Of a stretch of 64,000 nt of DNA, positions 20,771 through 30,671 are shown one piece after another; the first letter of the stretch is position 1, and each line of letters opens with the position of its first letter. Made by a program: the position numbers and the translations under genes. Origin of the DNA: a virus (Duplodnaviria; Caudoviricetes). The notes beneath the pieces were generated by a model, which saw only the letters and a list, made by a program, of their open reading frames with translations, searched no databases and was not told the origin of the DNA. Location: IMG/VR virus record IMGVR_UViG_3300028833_000142, positions 1 to 64,000 of that record, one strand, 5' to 3'.

Positions 20771-20891
20771 ATTAAGTAAACCAATATTATATTACTGAAA
20801 TTAAATAATTTCATATAAAATAATGGTATAATTAAAGTAAAATATATTTGTTTTTTTTCTTCTTTTTAAAAGAATAAACCTCTTAATAAAC

Positions 20892-20920
20892 TTGACAAAT
20901 ATACCTTTAGGTGCTAAAAT
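20892..20920 (+). promoter_or_regulatory. Sigma70-type promoter of tdk
   Basis: TTGACA-17 nt-TAAAAT with TG extension. Confidence 0.8.
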
Positions 20921-20950
20921 AAATATAGCAATAGAAAGGTTTACTACTTT

Positions 20951-21538
20951 ATGATAAAAGCAATAATTGGACCTATGTTTGGTTCAAAATCTTCAAGATT
21001 AATTGATATAGCATTAGATTTAGAGAAAGAGGGTAAAAAATTTAAAGTTTTCTTTCCAGCATCTTGTAATAAATTAGATGGATATATCTATTCGAGAGAA
21101 AACGATAAAAAAATTAAAGCTATAAAAGTATTTGACATAAGTGATTTATACAACAATGTTAATGACTGTGAAATAATACTTTTGGATGAATTTACTTTTA
21201 TGTGTACATCTCAATATATAGATGAATTTATGGCTTTTTTAGACGCTATGGATGAAAGAAATATTGATGTAATACTTGCAGGTTTACAATTGGATTATAT
21301 GGGTAAATCTTTTGATTTAACTGAAAGAGTGTTACCTTATTGTGATGAAATCGTAACTACATCTGCTATTTGTGAACATTGTGGCAAACCAGCAAGTAGA
21401 CAAATACGTAAAATTGATGGTGTAATAGATACAGTGGAAAATACACCTACTTTAATAATGGAAAATGAAAATGTAGTGTATATTCCTTTATGTAGGTCTT
21501 GTTTTAGAAAATTAACTGGGTTAACTGCTATCAAGTAG
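20951..21538 (+). CDS. tdk: Thymidine kinase
   Basis: GPMFGSKS P-loop, ILLDEFTF, AGLQLDYMGKSF, Zn site CEHC...YIPLCRSC. Confidence 0.9.
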   Translation: MIKAIIGPMFGSKSSRLIDIALDLEKEGKKFKVFFPASCNKLDGYIYSRENDKKIKAIKVFDISDLYNNVNDCEIILLDEFTFMCTSQYIDEFMAFLDAMDERNIDVILAGLQLDYMGKSFDLTERVLPYCDEIVTTSAICEHCGKPASRQIRKIDGVIDTVENTPTLIMENENVVYIPLCRSCFRKLTGLTAIK

Positions 21539-21577
21539 TTAATTTTAACGTCTTATATTTTTAGATTTCTAAAATTA

Positions 21578-21625
21578 GGTCTTGAAACCCTTGGTATATA
21601 AGGGTCAAATTAACGACTTTAAACT
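21578..21625 (+). repeat. Dispersed ~45-bp element, copy 2
   Basis: GGTCTTGAAACCCTTGGTATATAAGGGTCAAATTAACGACTTTAAACT. Confidence 0.8.
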
Positions 21626-21681
21626 AACTTGACATTTTAAAATTTATATGTTAATATGATTTTGTCAAGGAGAGGTATAGA

Positions 21682-23403
21682 ATGACAATTTATTCACAAG
21701 AAATTTTAAATAATATTAAAGAAAAAATAAATTATTTTGAATTTTACCAAAAATTTTTCCCAGATTTACAAAATAATAGAGGTAAAGTTTTTGTTGTATG
21801 TCCGTTTCATAAAGAGCAGGTTGGAAGTTTTCAAATAGATTTAGAACTTGGACTTTGGAGATGTTGGGCTGAAGGTATATATGGTGATGTATTTACTTTT
21901 TATATGAAGTATTACAATATGTCGTTTCCAGAAGCTGTAGAATCTTTAGCTGAACAATATGGTGTAGAATTAGTTGTTGACCCAGAAGAACAAAAGAAAA
22001 GAGATTATAAAAATAATTTATACAAAATAAATAAAATTATTTGTAATAAATTTGAAGAAAATTTAATGAAGGATAATGAAGCTTGGAATTATATTACAAA
22101 AATTAGAGGTTTTTCCCCGAAAATTGTAAAAGAGTTCCATTTTGGTCAAGGTTTAGATGAGTTACCTATAACAAATGGTTTACAAAGTGTTGGTTTATTA
22201 TCTAACTATCACGACACACTTAAACCTGTATTTACCTCTGACCGTATCACGATACCTATTCAAGACGAAAGGGGTAATATTACTTCTTTTGTAGGTCGTG
22301 CATTTAGAGGTGATGAAAGTCGTAAATATATGTATACACATAATACAGACATCCATTCAAAATCAGATGTTGTATTTGGTTTATATCAAGCAAAAGAGTA
22401 TATTAAAAGGTTTAAAAGTGTTGTGGTAGTTGAAGGTCAACTTGATATGATTAAATGTTACCAAAAAGGTATAGTTAATACCGTATGTTTGGGCGGTTTA
22501 TATTTTTCTGATAATCAAATAAATTTACTTAAAAAGTATACTTCAACCTTTTATATATGCGTAGAAGATGAAGCAATTTTAAGAAGTCCAGAAGGTAAAG
22601 ATAACATACAAAAAGCACCTTTAACAAGAATGTATGAAAAAATAAAAGAAATTATACCTTATGCAAAGGTATATGTGGTTGACCTTAGACACACTGACGG
22701 TACAAAGTGTGACCCAGATATGTATTTAGAAGAAAACACAAAAGCCGATTTTATGGAAAAGGTAAAACATGCTAAAATTTACAACGAATTTGTAATAGAT
22801 GTATTATTAAAGTCTTGCAACCCTAAAAACATCGAAGAAAAAACGGCTTGTATAAATATGCTTATTCCTAAATTAGTAAGTATTCAAAACTATTTAGACC
22901 GCAGACAATATATTGAACTTGTAAGTAATAAACTTTTAATACCAGAGAACGATATATACCGTAAGGTTAAATTCTATTCTGAGAAACAAGAAAAATTAAA
23001 TACAGCTAATTTAAAATGGGATAGTAAACCTATTTATGCACAAAAGATATTGTTATCAATTTGCTTTGCAAAAAACTTTAGTCAACATAAAGCTTTGGCG
23101 TATGTAGTGTTGTTAGCTAAAGATAAAATGGAAGAGTTTTATCGCAATATATTATGTGAAATAATAGCACCATATATTGATGACCAGTTTAAAGAAACGG
23201 GCTCAGAAACAATAAACTTTGATAAATTTTTCTCAGAAGTGGTTCATAATCCAGATTTAGATGTTATGATACAAAACACAATTGTAGATTGTTATATGAA
23301 AGCAGAACAATTAGAAGATTTAGATGATGAAGATTTACAAAATTTAATAGAAGAACAGGTAGATACACTAAAAGATTATGTATATACCGAAGTAACAGTT
23401 TAG
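21682..23403 (+). CDS. dnaG: DNA primase (CHC2 zinc finger + TOPRIM)
   Basis: CPFHKEQVGSF...CWAEG..GDVFTF; RITIPI...FVGR; KYMYT; VVEGQLD; CDPD. Confidence 0.9.
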   Translation: MTIYSQEILNNIKEKINYFEFYQKFFPDLQNNRGKVFVVCPFHKEQVGSFQIDLELGLWRCWAEGIYGDVFTFYMKYYNMSFPEAVESLAEQYGVELVVDPEEQKKRDYKNNLYKINKIICNKFEENLMKDNEAWNYITKIRGFSPKIVKEFHFGQGLDELPITNGLQSVGLLSNYHDTLKPVFTSDRITIPIQDERGNITSFVGRAFRGDESRKYMYTHNTDIHSKSDVVFGLYQAKEYIKRFKSVVVVEGQLDMIKCYQKGIVNTVCLGGLYFSDNQINLLKKYTSTFYICVEDEAILRSPEGKDNIQKAPLTRMYEKIKEIIPYAKVYVVDLRHTDGTKCDPDMYLEENTKADFMEKVKHAKIYNEFVIDVLLKSCNPKNIEEKTACINMLIPKLVSIQNYLDRRQYIELVSNKLLIPENDIYRKVKFYSEKQEKLNTANLKWDSKPIYAQKILLSICFAKNFSQHKALAYVVLLAKDKMEEFYRNILCEIIAPYIDDQFKETGSETINFDKFFSEVVHNPDLDVMIQNTIVDCYMKAEQLEDLDDEDLQNLIEEQVDTLKDYVYTEVTV

Positions 23404-23414
23404 AAAGGATTTTT

Positions 23415-24044
23415 ATGAGAAGAAAAAAAATTAATTTTACACCGTTAATTTTATTGATTTTTCTTATTTTTATGTCATTTAAAGTGGTAAAATTAGAAAG
23501 AGAAATTGAAAATTTAAAGAGTAATGAAACACTTATTTTATTACAACTTGAAACAGAAGAAAAAGACTTAAATAGAGTACACACAAAGGTTTTAGATTTG
23601 GATAGTATAATAAACAAATATGCTTCTAAATATAATGTAGAACCCAATTTGGTAAAAGCTGTGGTCAAAGTTGAAAGCAGTAATAACCCGAACGCTACAA
23701 GTAAAGCGGGAGCCATAGGTTTAGGGCAATTAACTTTATCTACTGCAAAAGCAATGGGGGTAAACCCATATAACCCAGAGGATAATATAAAAGGCACAGT
23801 GAAATATTTAGATTATCTTAATAAAAAATTTAATGGTGATACTAAAAAAGTTTTAGCTTCATATAATGCAGGACCAAATGCAGTTCAAAAACACAACGGC
23901 ATACCACCATATAAAGAAACACAGAATTACGTTAAAAAAGTAGAACAAGAAAAGGCTAAACTCGATGCTAACACAAAAACAGATGGAACAGTTGGAACAA
24001 CAGACCCAAATATTACTGTTAGAGTATATAAAACAACTAAATAA
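23415..24044 (+). CDS. Membrane-anchored lytic transglycosylase (SLT domain)
   Basis: N-terminal TM segment; AVVKVESSNNPNATSKAGAIGLGQL, YNAGPNAV, PPYKETQNYV. Confidence 0.9.
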   Translation: MRRKKINFTPLILLIFLIFMSFKVVKLEREIENLKSNETLILLQLETEEKDLNRVHTKVLDLDSIINKYASKYNVEPNLVKAVVKVESSNNPNATSKAGAIGLGQLTLSTAKAMGVNPYNPEDNIKGTVKYLDYLNKKFNGDTKKVLASYNAGPNAVQKHNGIPPYKETQNYVKKVEQEKAKLDANTKTDGTVGTTDPNITVRVYKTTK

Positions 24045-24148
24045 AATAATTCAAGAAGACTTGACAAAAAATAAAAAGTATGATATACTTAATGAGTAAA
24101 CAAAAAACAAAGGTTTACGGTAGGTTTTAACAAAAGAAGGAGAAAAAA

Positions 24149-24904
24149 ATGACAGATTTTATTGAAGTCAAAAATGCAAAAATTTCATTTTCAACAATGA
24201 AAAACAAAGACACAAAAAAATTATTTGGTAGAGTATTTAAGGTTTTAGTTCCAGTAGGTTCACCAGAACTTGAAAAAACTATTGGACAATATAAGGCTTT
24301 GAATGATTTAGCTAAAACAACTTATGGCGAAAAAGAAGGCAAAAAAATTAAAAATGCTAAGTCTGTAGATGATGTATTTGCAGAAAGTATTTACAATGAA
24401 GGTTTTGTTGAATTAGCTTTTAACGTATCATATTTTAATGATGAAGTTAAAACTGATGAAGACGGTAATCCTTTGACTGATGAAAATGGTAAAGAGATTA
24501 CTGAAAAAGTTGAAAAACTTAATCCAGTTTATAAGAAAAATCCTAATTTTACCTATATTTTAGATAATAATGGCAACAAAGTTTTTGAATATGATGAAGG
24601 TAAATATTGGGCACCGCTTTCTGGTAATACAGTAAATATTAAATATAGTTTGGTTGCAAAATATTCTAAAAAGAATAATCAACCTATCATTCAGTTAAAA
24701 GCAGAAGAAGTACAATTGCTGGATACAGAATTTAGAGAGAAGAAAAGCGGTAGTAGTTTAGGTTTCTTAACTTTGTCTAGTGAAGACGAAGAAATTGAAC
24801 AAAAAGTAGAAAAAACTGCACCTAAAGCTAAAAAAACTAAATCTGTAGAAGAAGATGAAAGTGCTACATTTACAGCAGAAGAATTAGCATCGTTGGATAT
24901 TTAA
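24149..24904 (+). CDS. Putative single-stranded DNA-binding protein
   Basis: Lies in the replication cluster with its own consensus promoter (24061-24089); beta-rich body and acidic C-terminal tail. Confidence 0.5.
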   Translation: MTDFIEVKNAKISFSTMKNKDTKKLFGRVFKVLVPVGSPELEKTIGQYKALNDLAKTTYGEKEGKKIKNAKSVDDVFAESIYNEGFVELAFNVSYFNDEVKTDEDGNPLTDENGKEITEKVEKLNPVYKKNPNFTYILDNNGNKVFEYDEGKYWAPLSGNTVNIKYSLVAKYSKKNNQPIIQLKAEEVQLLDTEFREKKSGSSLGFLTLSSEDEEIEQKVEKTAPKAKKTKSVEEDESATFTAEELASLDI

Positions 24905-24914
24905 GAGGTGAACT

Positions 24915-25505
24915 ATGGAAGTAAAAGTAGGGAAAGTAGAACTTAGTGTTACTAACAATGGTACACCAAAAGTAAATATATATCCAGAAGGTAGTGATTT
25001 TGAAAATATAGCTGAATCTATAGAAATTATAGGTGAAGAAAGTATTTATGCTATGACTCGTAAAGCAGGTGATGTAATAAATATCATAGAAAAGGGTAAA
25101 TGGAAAAATTTAGAAATTCCAACCGATTATATGAAGCTTTTAAACTCACCTACTTACGACAGAGTAAAATTACTATTCAGACGTAGTATTGCTGGGGTAA
25201 ATAAGGCAGTAAACGGTGTAAGAACCCAAATTGACCTTGATACTGCAAAAATGTTAATTGTAGATAATTTAGAATTACAGTTAAAGGTAGCAAATTGTGT
25301 TATAGATACATTAAAAAATTCTAAAACAGATTTTGCTAAACAAATTATCGGTGATTTAAAATCTGGAAACCCAGAAGCTGTACATAATGCTTTAAAAATA
25401 GTAAACGATTTAACCTTTAAAAACATTAGTGAAATATCTAAGGATTACAAGATATTAAACGACTGTGAAGAGGTTAAAGAATCTAAAGTAAAGAAAAAAT
25501 CTTAG
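24915..25505 (+). CDS. Hypothetical protein
   Basis: RBS GAGGTG; followed by a terminator hairpin. Confidence 0.6.
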   Translation: MEVKVGKVELSVTNNGTPKVNIYPEGSDFENIAESIEIIGEESIYAMTRKAGDVINIIEKGKWKNLEIPTDYMKLLNSPTYDRVKLLFRRSIAGVNKAVNGVRTQIDLDTAKMLIVDNLELQLKVANCVIDTLKNSKTDFAKQIIGDLKSGNPEAVHNALKIVNDLTFKNISEISKDYKILNDCEEVKESKVKKKS

Positions 25506-25533
25506 ACATACCTCCCTCCTTACTGACTAAGAG

Positions 25534-25569
25534 ATATACCACTGGTTTTCATATCGGTGGTATATTTTT
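25534..25569 (+). terminator. Rho-independent terminator
   Basis: ATATACCAC...GTGGTATAT followed by TTTT. Confidence 0.6.
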
Positions 25570-25621
25570 GTTGACAAAAAAATATTTATATGTTATAATG
25601 TTCACATCGGAGGTATAAATA

Positions 25622-27100
25622 ATGGTTTTAAACTTAGAAAACGCATTAAATAAACAACCAAGTAAGGTTGAAGAAAAGATTTTAAAGGCTATTTTTAAGA
25701 AAAATGATTCAATAATAGATGTTGTAGATATAATAACACCCCAAATGTTCACAATAGCTGAATATGCCAACATATACGAAGCTATGATAAGTCTATACAA
25801 ATCTAATAGTAAAATAACGGATGATTCAGTAAAATTATGGCTAGAAGATAATGGGTATGTTGTAGATTTTAATGTTGTAAAAAAACTATATAATGAAGGA
25901 TATACCGCTATTAAAATTAAAGAAAGCGGTTTAATACTTAGAGAACTTCATAACAGAAGGTATATGTTATCTAAAATACACGAAATTATTGATAAACAAG
26001 AAGAGAAACCTACTGTAAGTGAAGACATACTGCAACAAATAAATAATATTGCAATAAAATCTGGTGAACAAATTAGTTATAATGATAGTGCCACTAGATG
26101 TTTTAGTGATAAAAATAGGATATTGGCTGATATAGATTCAAGACTTAATAGACCAGAAGCGGAAATTGGATTAATTACTGGTTGGAAATCTATTGATTTT
26201 GATTTAGGTGGGTTTTATAGAGGTCAACTTATTTGTTTATGTGCTTCTTCTGGTGCAGGGAAAAGTTGGATAAGTTGGGAAACATGTATACAAATGTGTA
26301 TGAATAACCCTAATCTTAAAGCATTATATTTTTCTTTGGAAATGAAAAAGGATGAATTAGAAGATAGGGCTATTTCTATATTATCTGGTATACCAACTAA
26401 CGCTATTCAAAGACCAAGACAATATTTTAAAAAATATGATGAAACTGGTGTGTTGCACGATTATTTTTTAGAAGATAAAAAAAGAGTAGAAGAATTTAAA
26501 AGTAAAATAAAAGATGCGGTTAATACATTGGCTAATCTTAATATCACGATTGATGATGAAGGCGGTTTAAAAATTGAAGATATACTTGCTAGAATACAAA
26601 GATATATTTTAAAAAATGGTGGTTGCGATTTAATATTTATAGACCACACATATTTATTAAGAAATATAAATGTAGATATGGGAACATCTGATGAATTTGG
26701 TAATATTTATTATTCTTTAAAAAATGTTGCTAAAAAATATAATTGTGTAGTATATGCTTTACATCAATTGAATATGGAAGTAAAAAATAATTCAGATAGA
26801 AGACCAAGTATATATAATATTAGGGGGTCTTCACAAATTATAGATAACTGTGATGTATTAATGTTGCTTTATAATTCAAATATACATAAGGATTTAATTA
26901 AACAAAATCCAGAACTTAAAGACATAATTGATATTACTTTTGGTAAAGTTCGTTCAAATAAATTACCAGATAGTATAGAACTAAAATTTACAAATAATGG
27001 TATTGTAGAGAAGTTACCTTCAGAACTTACTGGTAAAATTTTGAGTGGTAAAACATTTTTAGATTTAGACGGAAATTTAGAGGTAGACGAAGATGAATAG
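25622..27100 (+). CDS. dnaB: Replicative DNA helicase
   Basis: N-terminal DnaB domain; ASSGAGKS Walker A; FSLEM; IFIDH; LHQLN...RRPSIYNIRGSSQI; GKVRS. Confidence 0.9.
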   Translation: MVLNLENALNKQPSKVEEKILKAIFKKNDSIIDVVDIITPQMFTIAEYANIYEAMISLYKSNSKITDDSVKLWLEDNGYVVDFNVVKKLYNEGYTAIKIKESGLILRELHNRRYMLSKIHEIIDKQEEKPTVSEDILQQINNIAIKSGEQISYNDSATRCFSDKNRILADIDSRLNRPEAEIGLITGWKSIDFDLGGFYRGQLICLCASSGAGKSWISWETCIQMCMNNPNLKALYFSLEMKKDELEDRAISILSGIPTNAIQRPRQYFKKYDETGVLHDYFLEDKKRVEEFKSKIKDAVNTLANLNITIDDEGGLKIEDILARIQRYILKNGGCDLIFIDHTYLLRNINVDMGTSDEFGNIYYSLKNVAKKYNCVVYALHQLNMEVKNNSDRRPSIYNIRGSSQIIDNCDVLMLLYNSNIHKDLIKQNPELKDIIDITFGKVRSNKLPDSIELKFTNNGIVEKLPSELTGKILSGKTFLDLDGNLEVDEDE

Positions 27101-27239
27101 AAAAATTGAACAGTTAATTTTGCTTTTGCAACATATAGAAGAAGATGATTTAGACGGAATTATATATGAATGTAACACAACAGATGAAGTAATAATGGCT
27201 ATAAAGGCACAATTAGAGTGTGAATACGGAGAGGTGTAA
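27093..27239 (+). CDS. Small hypothetical protein (48 aa; absent from the ORF track)
   Basis: Overlaps the dnaB stop; fills the gap to the next gene. Confidence 0.5.
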   Translation: MNRKIEQLILLLQHIEEDDLDGIIYECNTTDEVIMAIKAQLECEYGEV

Positions 27240-27240
27240 A

Positions 27241-27552
27241 ATGAAATTTAATATATCAGAAGTTGTTTTAGATAAGGTACTTAAAGAAAAAGAAAAAGAA
27301 ATAACAGGTTATGCTTATGAAAAATATAAGTATGTAGATTTTATTTTGTTTTTGTTCAACCAATTAGCAGATAATTATAGTGTTAAGGGTTTAGTAAATT
27401 TAATTTATAGTGAACCACTTGAATATAACGAACATCCTTATAAATATAACGGTTCATTTTCTAAGGCTAAAATGATAACTTTTTTATTGAATAAAGATGA
27501 TAATTATTTATTGTGGGTAATTAAAAAACTTATAGATTATGAGGGTAAATAA
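27241..27552 (+). CDS. Hypothetical protein
   Basis: Start moved to the ATG after the GAGGTG RBS. Confidence 0.55.
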   Translation: MKFNISEVVLDKVLKEKEKEITGYAYEKYKYVDFILFLFNQLADNYSVKGLVNLIYSEPLEYNEHPYKYNGSFSKAKMITFLLNKDDNYLLWVIKKLIDYEGK

Positions 27553-28103
27553 TGACTAAAAAATACTCTTTAATATATGCAGACCCCCCGTGGAATGTAA
27601 AAAAAATAAAACGTAAATGTAGACCTAATCAGGTAGATTTTGATTATCCTACACTTACATTAGAACAAATAAAGTCTATTCCAGTTGGTACACTCGCAGA
27701 TGAAAATTGTTGTTTATTTTTATGGACTACACAAGCATATTTACCTAAAGCTTTTGAAGTTATGGAATCTTGGGGTTTTAAATATCAAAGAACTATAACT
27801 TGGGATAAACAAAATGGAATGTGTCTATTCGGTTTTCATAACAGAACAGAATTTTTACTTTTCGGTTATAAGGGAAAAATAGATATGTACCCTAAACGCA
27901 AAACTATACCAACAATATTTCAGATTTCTTCTAAAAAACTTAGACATTCACAAAAGCCAGATGAAATTAGAAATGCAATAGAAGTTTTTGCAAATAATGG
28001 TAATAAAATAGAACTATTTGCTAGAAGTAAATCTGAAGGTTGGGATGTATGGGGAAATGAAGTAGAAAGTGATATAAATTTAGAGGTAAATAATGAAAAA
28101 TAA
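27552..28103 (+). CDS. MT-A70-family N6-adenine methyltransferase
   Basis: IYADPPW, CLFLWTT, WGFKY...WDK, RTEFLLFG, HSQKP, IELFAR..GWDVWGNE. Confidence 0.9.
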   Translation: MTKKYSLIYADPPWNVKKIKRKCRPNQVDFDYPTLTLEQIKSIPVGTLADENCCLFLWTTQAYLPKAFEVMESWGFKYQRTITWDKQNGMCLFGFHNRTEFLLFGYKGKIDMYPKRKTIPTIFQISSKKLRHSQKPDEIRNAIEVFANNGNKIELFARSKSEGWDVWGNEVESDINLEVNNEK

Positions 28104-28491
28104 TATAGAATTTAGAATACCTATGTTTACTGATAAAGATAATTTTAGCGAATTTCAATATATTGAATTAGGTGATGATATTGAATGTACCTTGTGTGGA
28201 CATAATGGTGAACCAGAACAGTATACTGGTAGAAAAGATTGTATGGGTAAAAAAATATTTGATAATGATATTGTTACTGTTACAGGTTCAAATGGTATGT
28301 TTTGGACTTATATTGTAAAATATGATAAAAAGAAATATAAATGGGTTCTTTTATATCCTAATGAAAAATATGCTAGAGATTTCAGCAAAGAATATGCACA
28401 ATCTAATAAAAAATTATATAGCAGAGGCTATTATATAGTAGGGAATATACATCAAAATAAAGATTTGCTAGTAAAAGAGGGGGCATATTAA
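28093..28491 (+). CDS. YopX-family protein
   Basis: QYTGRKDCMGKKIFDNDIV...IVGNIHQNKDLL. Confidence 0.85.
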   Translation: MKNNIEFRIPMFTDKDNFSEFQYIELGDDIECTLCGHNGEPEQYTGRKDCMGKKIFDNDIVTVTGSNGMFWTYIVKYDKKKYKWVLLYPNEKYARDFSKEYAQSNKKLYSRGYYIVGNIHQNKDLLVKEGAY

Positions 28492-29186
28492 TGACTAAAC
28501 AAAATCAGATTATACTTGCAATAGATTATAGTTTAAACGGTTCTAGTTTTATATTTGGGGATGAAAACGGTAAACTTTGGGCTTTCAAATATTTTTCAAA
28601 GTTAAAATCAGACCATAAAAATCCTAATTGTTCACCTATTTATGATGAAACATCAGAAAACAAACTAGACAATGTTATATGTGCGTTTTTACAAGATATA
28701 AATAAAGTAGATTTGGTTGTGTTAGAAAGCAGAAGTTTTAACTCTTCCAATGCTTCAACATCATTTTTAGATGGCTATTCTATAATAAGTTATTTATGCA
28801 GACGCTTAGATATACCTATAATACAGATACCGCCTATTACTAACAAAATGTTTTTTACAGATGATGCAAAGGCAGATAAAAAGAAGATGGTGGCAAGGGC
28901 ACGTGAACTGTATGGTAAAGAGATAGATTTTGATAGTATTAGTAGCAAACACCAAGAAGATGTAGCAGACAGTTTGAGTTTATATAAAATAGGTTCTACC
29001 TACTTAAAATGTAATCGTTTGCCTGCACCTAAAGGATATGTTGGAACAAGTGATATAAAACCATTCGATGTTTTACCTTTAAATGAGCAAATGGTTATAG
29101 CTAAATTACGTGGTAGAGAAGATTTATATAATGAGGCTAAAAAACTTAGAGAAAAGAAAAAGAAGCTTGACAAAGGTTTTAAATAA
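28491..29186 (+). CDS. RuvC-like Holliday junction resolvase
   Basis: ILAIDYSL, VVLES, P...K.F.T..AKADKKKM, EDVADS acidic tetrad. Confidence 0.75.
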   Translation: MTKQNQIILAIDYSLNGSSFIFGDENGKLWAFKYFSKLKSDHKNPNCSPIYDETSENKLDNVICAFLQDINKVDLVVLESRSFNSSNASTSFLDGYSIISYLCRRLDIPIIQIPPITNKMFFTDDAKADKKKMVARARELYGKEIDFDSISSKHQEDVADSLSLYKIGSTYLKCNRLPAPKGYVGTSDIKPFDVLPLNEQMVIAKLRGREDLYNEAKKLREKKKKLDKGFK

Positions 29187-29213
29187 TGCTATTATATGTT
29201 TGGAGGTATATAG

Positions 29214-29543
29214 ATGAATAAATTTGAATACAAATTTACAACTGAAAAGAAAATGCTTGCAACAGTTAATCGTATCGAAAAATGTTGCAAAGAGCAAGGA
29301 CTTTATTACTTAGGTGATGGTATTGAATTTAATTATGAAAAAGATGAAAATGCAAAGTCTGTAAGAATGAGATTATTTGACGGACATAATGCTTTTCTTT
29401 CCGTGCAATATCATGTAGATAAAGGTGATGATAACCACAGTATAAGTAATACAGAGTTTTTCAGATACTCTCTTGATGATAGTAAAAAAGCATTTAATAA
29501 AATGCGTGAGTTATTAATTAAATATAAAGGAAAGAAAATATAG
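29214..29543 (+). CDS. Hypothetical protein
   Basis: Consensus promoter from 29167 and RBS GGAGG. Confidence 0.6.
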   Translation: MNKFEYKFTTEKKMLATVNRIEKCCKEQGLYYLGDGIEFNYEKDENAKSVRMRLFDGHNAFLSVQYHVDKGDDNHSISNTEFFRYSLDDSKKAFNKMRELLIKYKGKKI

Positions 29544-29927
29544 ATGCAAATAGTAACAGAAGAACAAATAAAGAAGGCTTTAGAAGAAGCTGGTATAGAA
29601 ATAAAAGGGAACTGCTTCTATGAATTAGACGATGGTGGTTTTGGTAAAGTTATTAACTTGCCAAGATTTCGTACAAGACTTCAGATTCATGAAATAGACG
29701 ATGAGACAAAGGTTTCCTATATTTGTGGTATAAATAAGATAAACAAGAAAAAGTTGTCTTATACAGATAGGTATACGGGTTGTCTACATTGGGTTGTAAG
29801 ACCCGAAAATCTTATAGATGCTATGTGGTTAGAGTGTAATAAGTTTACGGTTATTGAGAATTTAAGAGCTTGCAGGAATGCAGATTTATTTAAAAGAATA
29901 GTGAAGGAGCTTGAGGAACAACCATGA
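29544..29927 (+). CDS. Hypothetical protein
   Basis: Tightly packed ORF. Confidence 0.55.
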   Translation: MQIVTEEQIKKALEEAGIEIKGNCFYELDDGGFGKVINLPRFRTRLQIHEIDDETKVSYICGINKINKKKLSYTDRYTGCLHWVVRPENLIDAMWLECNKFTVIENLRACRNADLFKRIVKELEEQP

Positions 29928-30376
29928 AAAGAATAATAGTAGTCATAAGTGAAAATGAAAACAAGAAATTAGAATATCTTTCAAGAAATGTAGAAAGATA
30001 TACAACTCATTATAATCCTGAAAATAATAAACACCCAAAAGTACAGAAAGAATTTATAGAAAATATAATTCAAGATGCTAATATTTATCATAAACAAATA
30101 TGTATTGCAACCAATAGTCCTTATGTTCTTACTACATTAAATAATTTATTATATGCGGGAAGATTAAAGGATAAAATTTCAAAAGAAAAATTTGTAGAAA
30201 TAATGGGTAATGTATCTAATTATATTCTTCCTAATGAATTGGAAGTTATTAATCTTGATACAAGTAAATCCATAATAGAAGATAATGAAATTCTTGCTGA
30301 AGCAATAGATACTGTTTCTGATGAGATTAGTAAACAATATACAGCATTGTACGATGTAGAAATGGAAGGGGTGTAA
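29924..30376 (+). CDS. C-terminal fragment of an AAA_15/AAA_21-type ABC ATPase (no Walker A; degenerate Walker B and H-loop)
   Basis: NPENNKHPKVQ, ICIATNSPYVLTTLNNLLYAG, EAIDTVSDEI. Confidence 0.6.
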   Translation: MKRIIVVISENENKKLEYLSRNVERYTTHYNPENNKHPKVQKEFIENIIQDANIYHKQICIATNSPYVLTTLNNLLYAGRLKDKISKEKFVEIMGNVSNYILPNELEVINLDTSKSIIEDNEILAEAIDTVSDEISKQYTALYDVEMEGV

Positions 30377-30377
30377 A

Positions 30378-30671
30378 ATGTCAGAAGCAGAATATTTAGA
30401 TTCAATATATCCATATACAGAAGAATATATTTCTGAGTTAAGAGAATTAAATCAGAAAGTTTTTGATGCTATCTCTGAACCTGAAATTGAATTAATGAAA
30501 GTAGCTTATAAAGATGCAAGTAATGCTAAAACAGGAGATAAAATTATTTGTCCTTTTTGTGGTAAAGAAATAATAAAGAAATCTTATCAACATAAATTCT
30601 GTTGTACTAAACATAAAGATAAATATTGGAATATAATTAATCCGAGAGGTATAATGGGAGGGGTGTTATGA
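30378..30671 (+). CDS. Zn-finger protein
   Basis: CPFCGK...KFCCTKH. Confidence 0.6.
   Translation: MSEAEYLDSIYPYTEEYISELRELNQKVFDAISEPEIELMKVAYKDASNAKTGDKIICPFCGKEIIKKSYQHKFCCTKHKDKYWNIINPRGIMGGVL

Noticed and set aside
25483-25525. Minus-strand strong RBS (AGGAGGGAGGT) with an 8-aa ORF MSKIFSLL
   Set aside because: Too short, with no supporting promoter; may be a remnant or chance.
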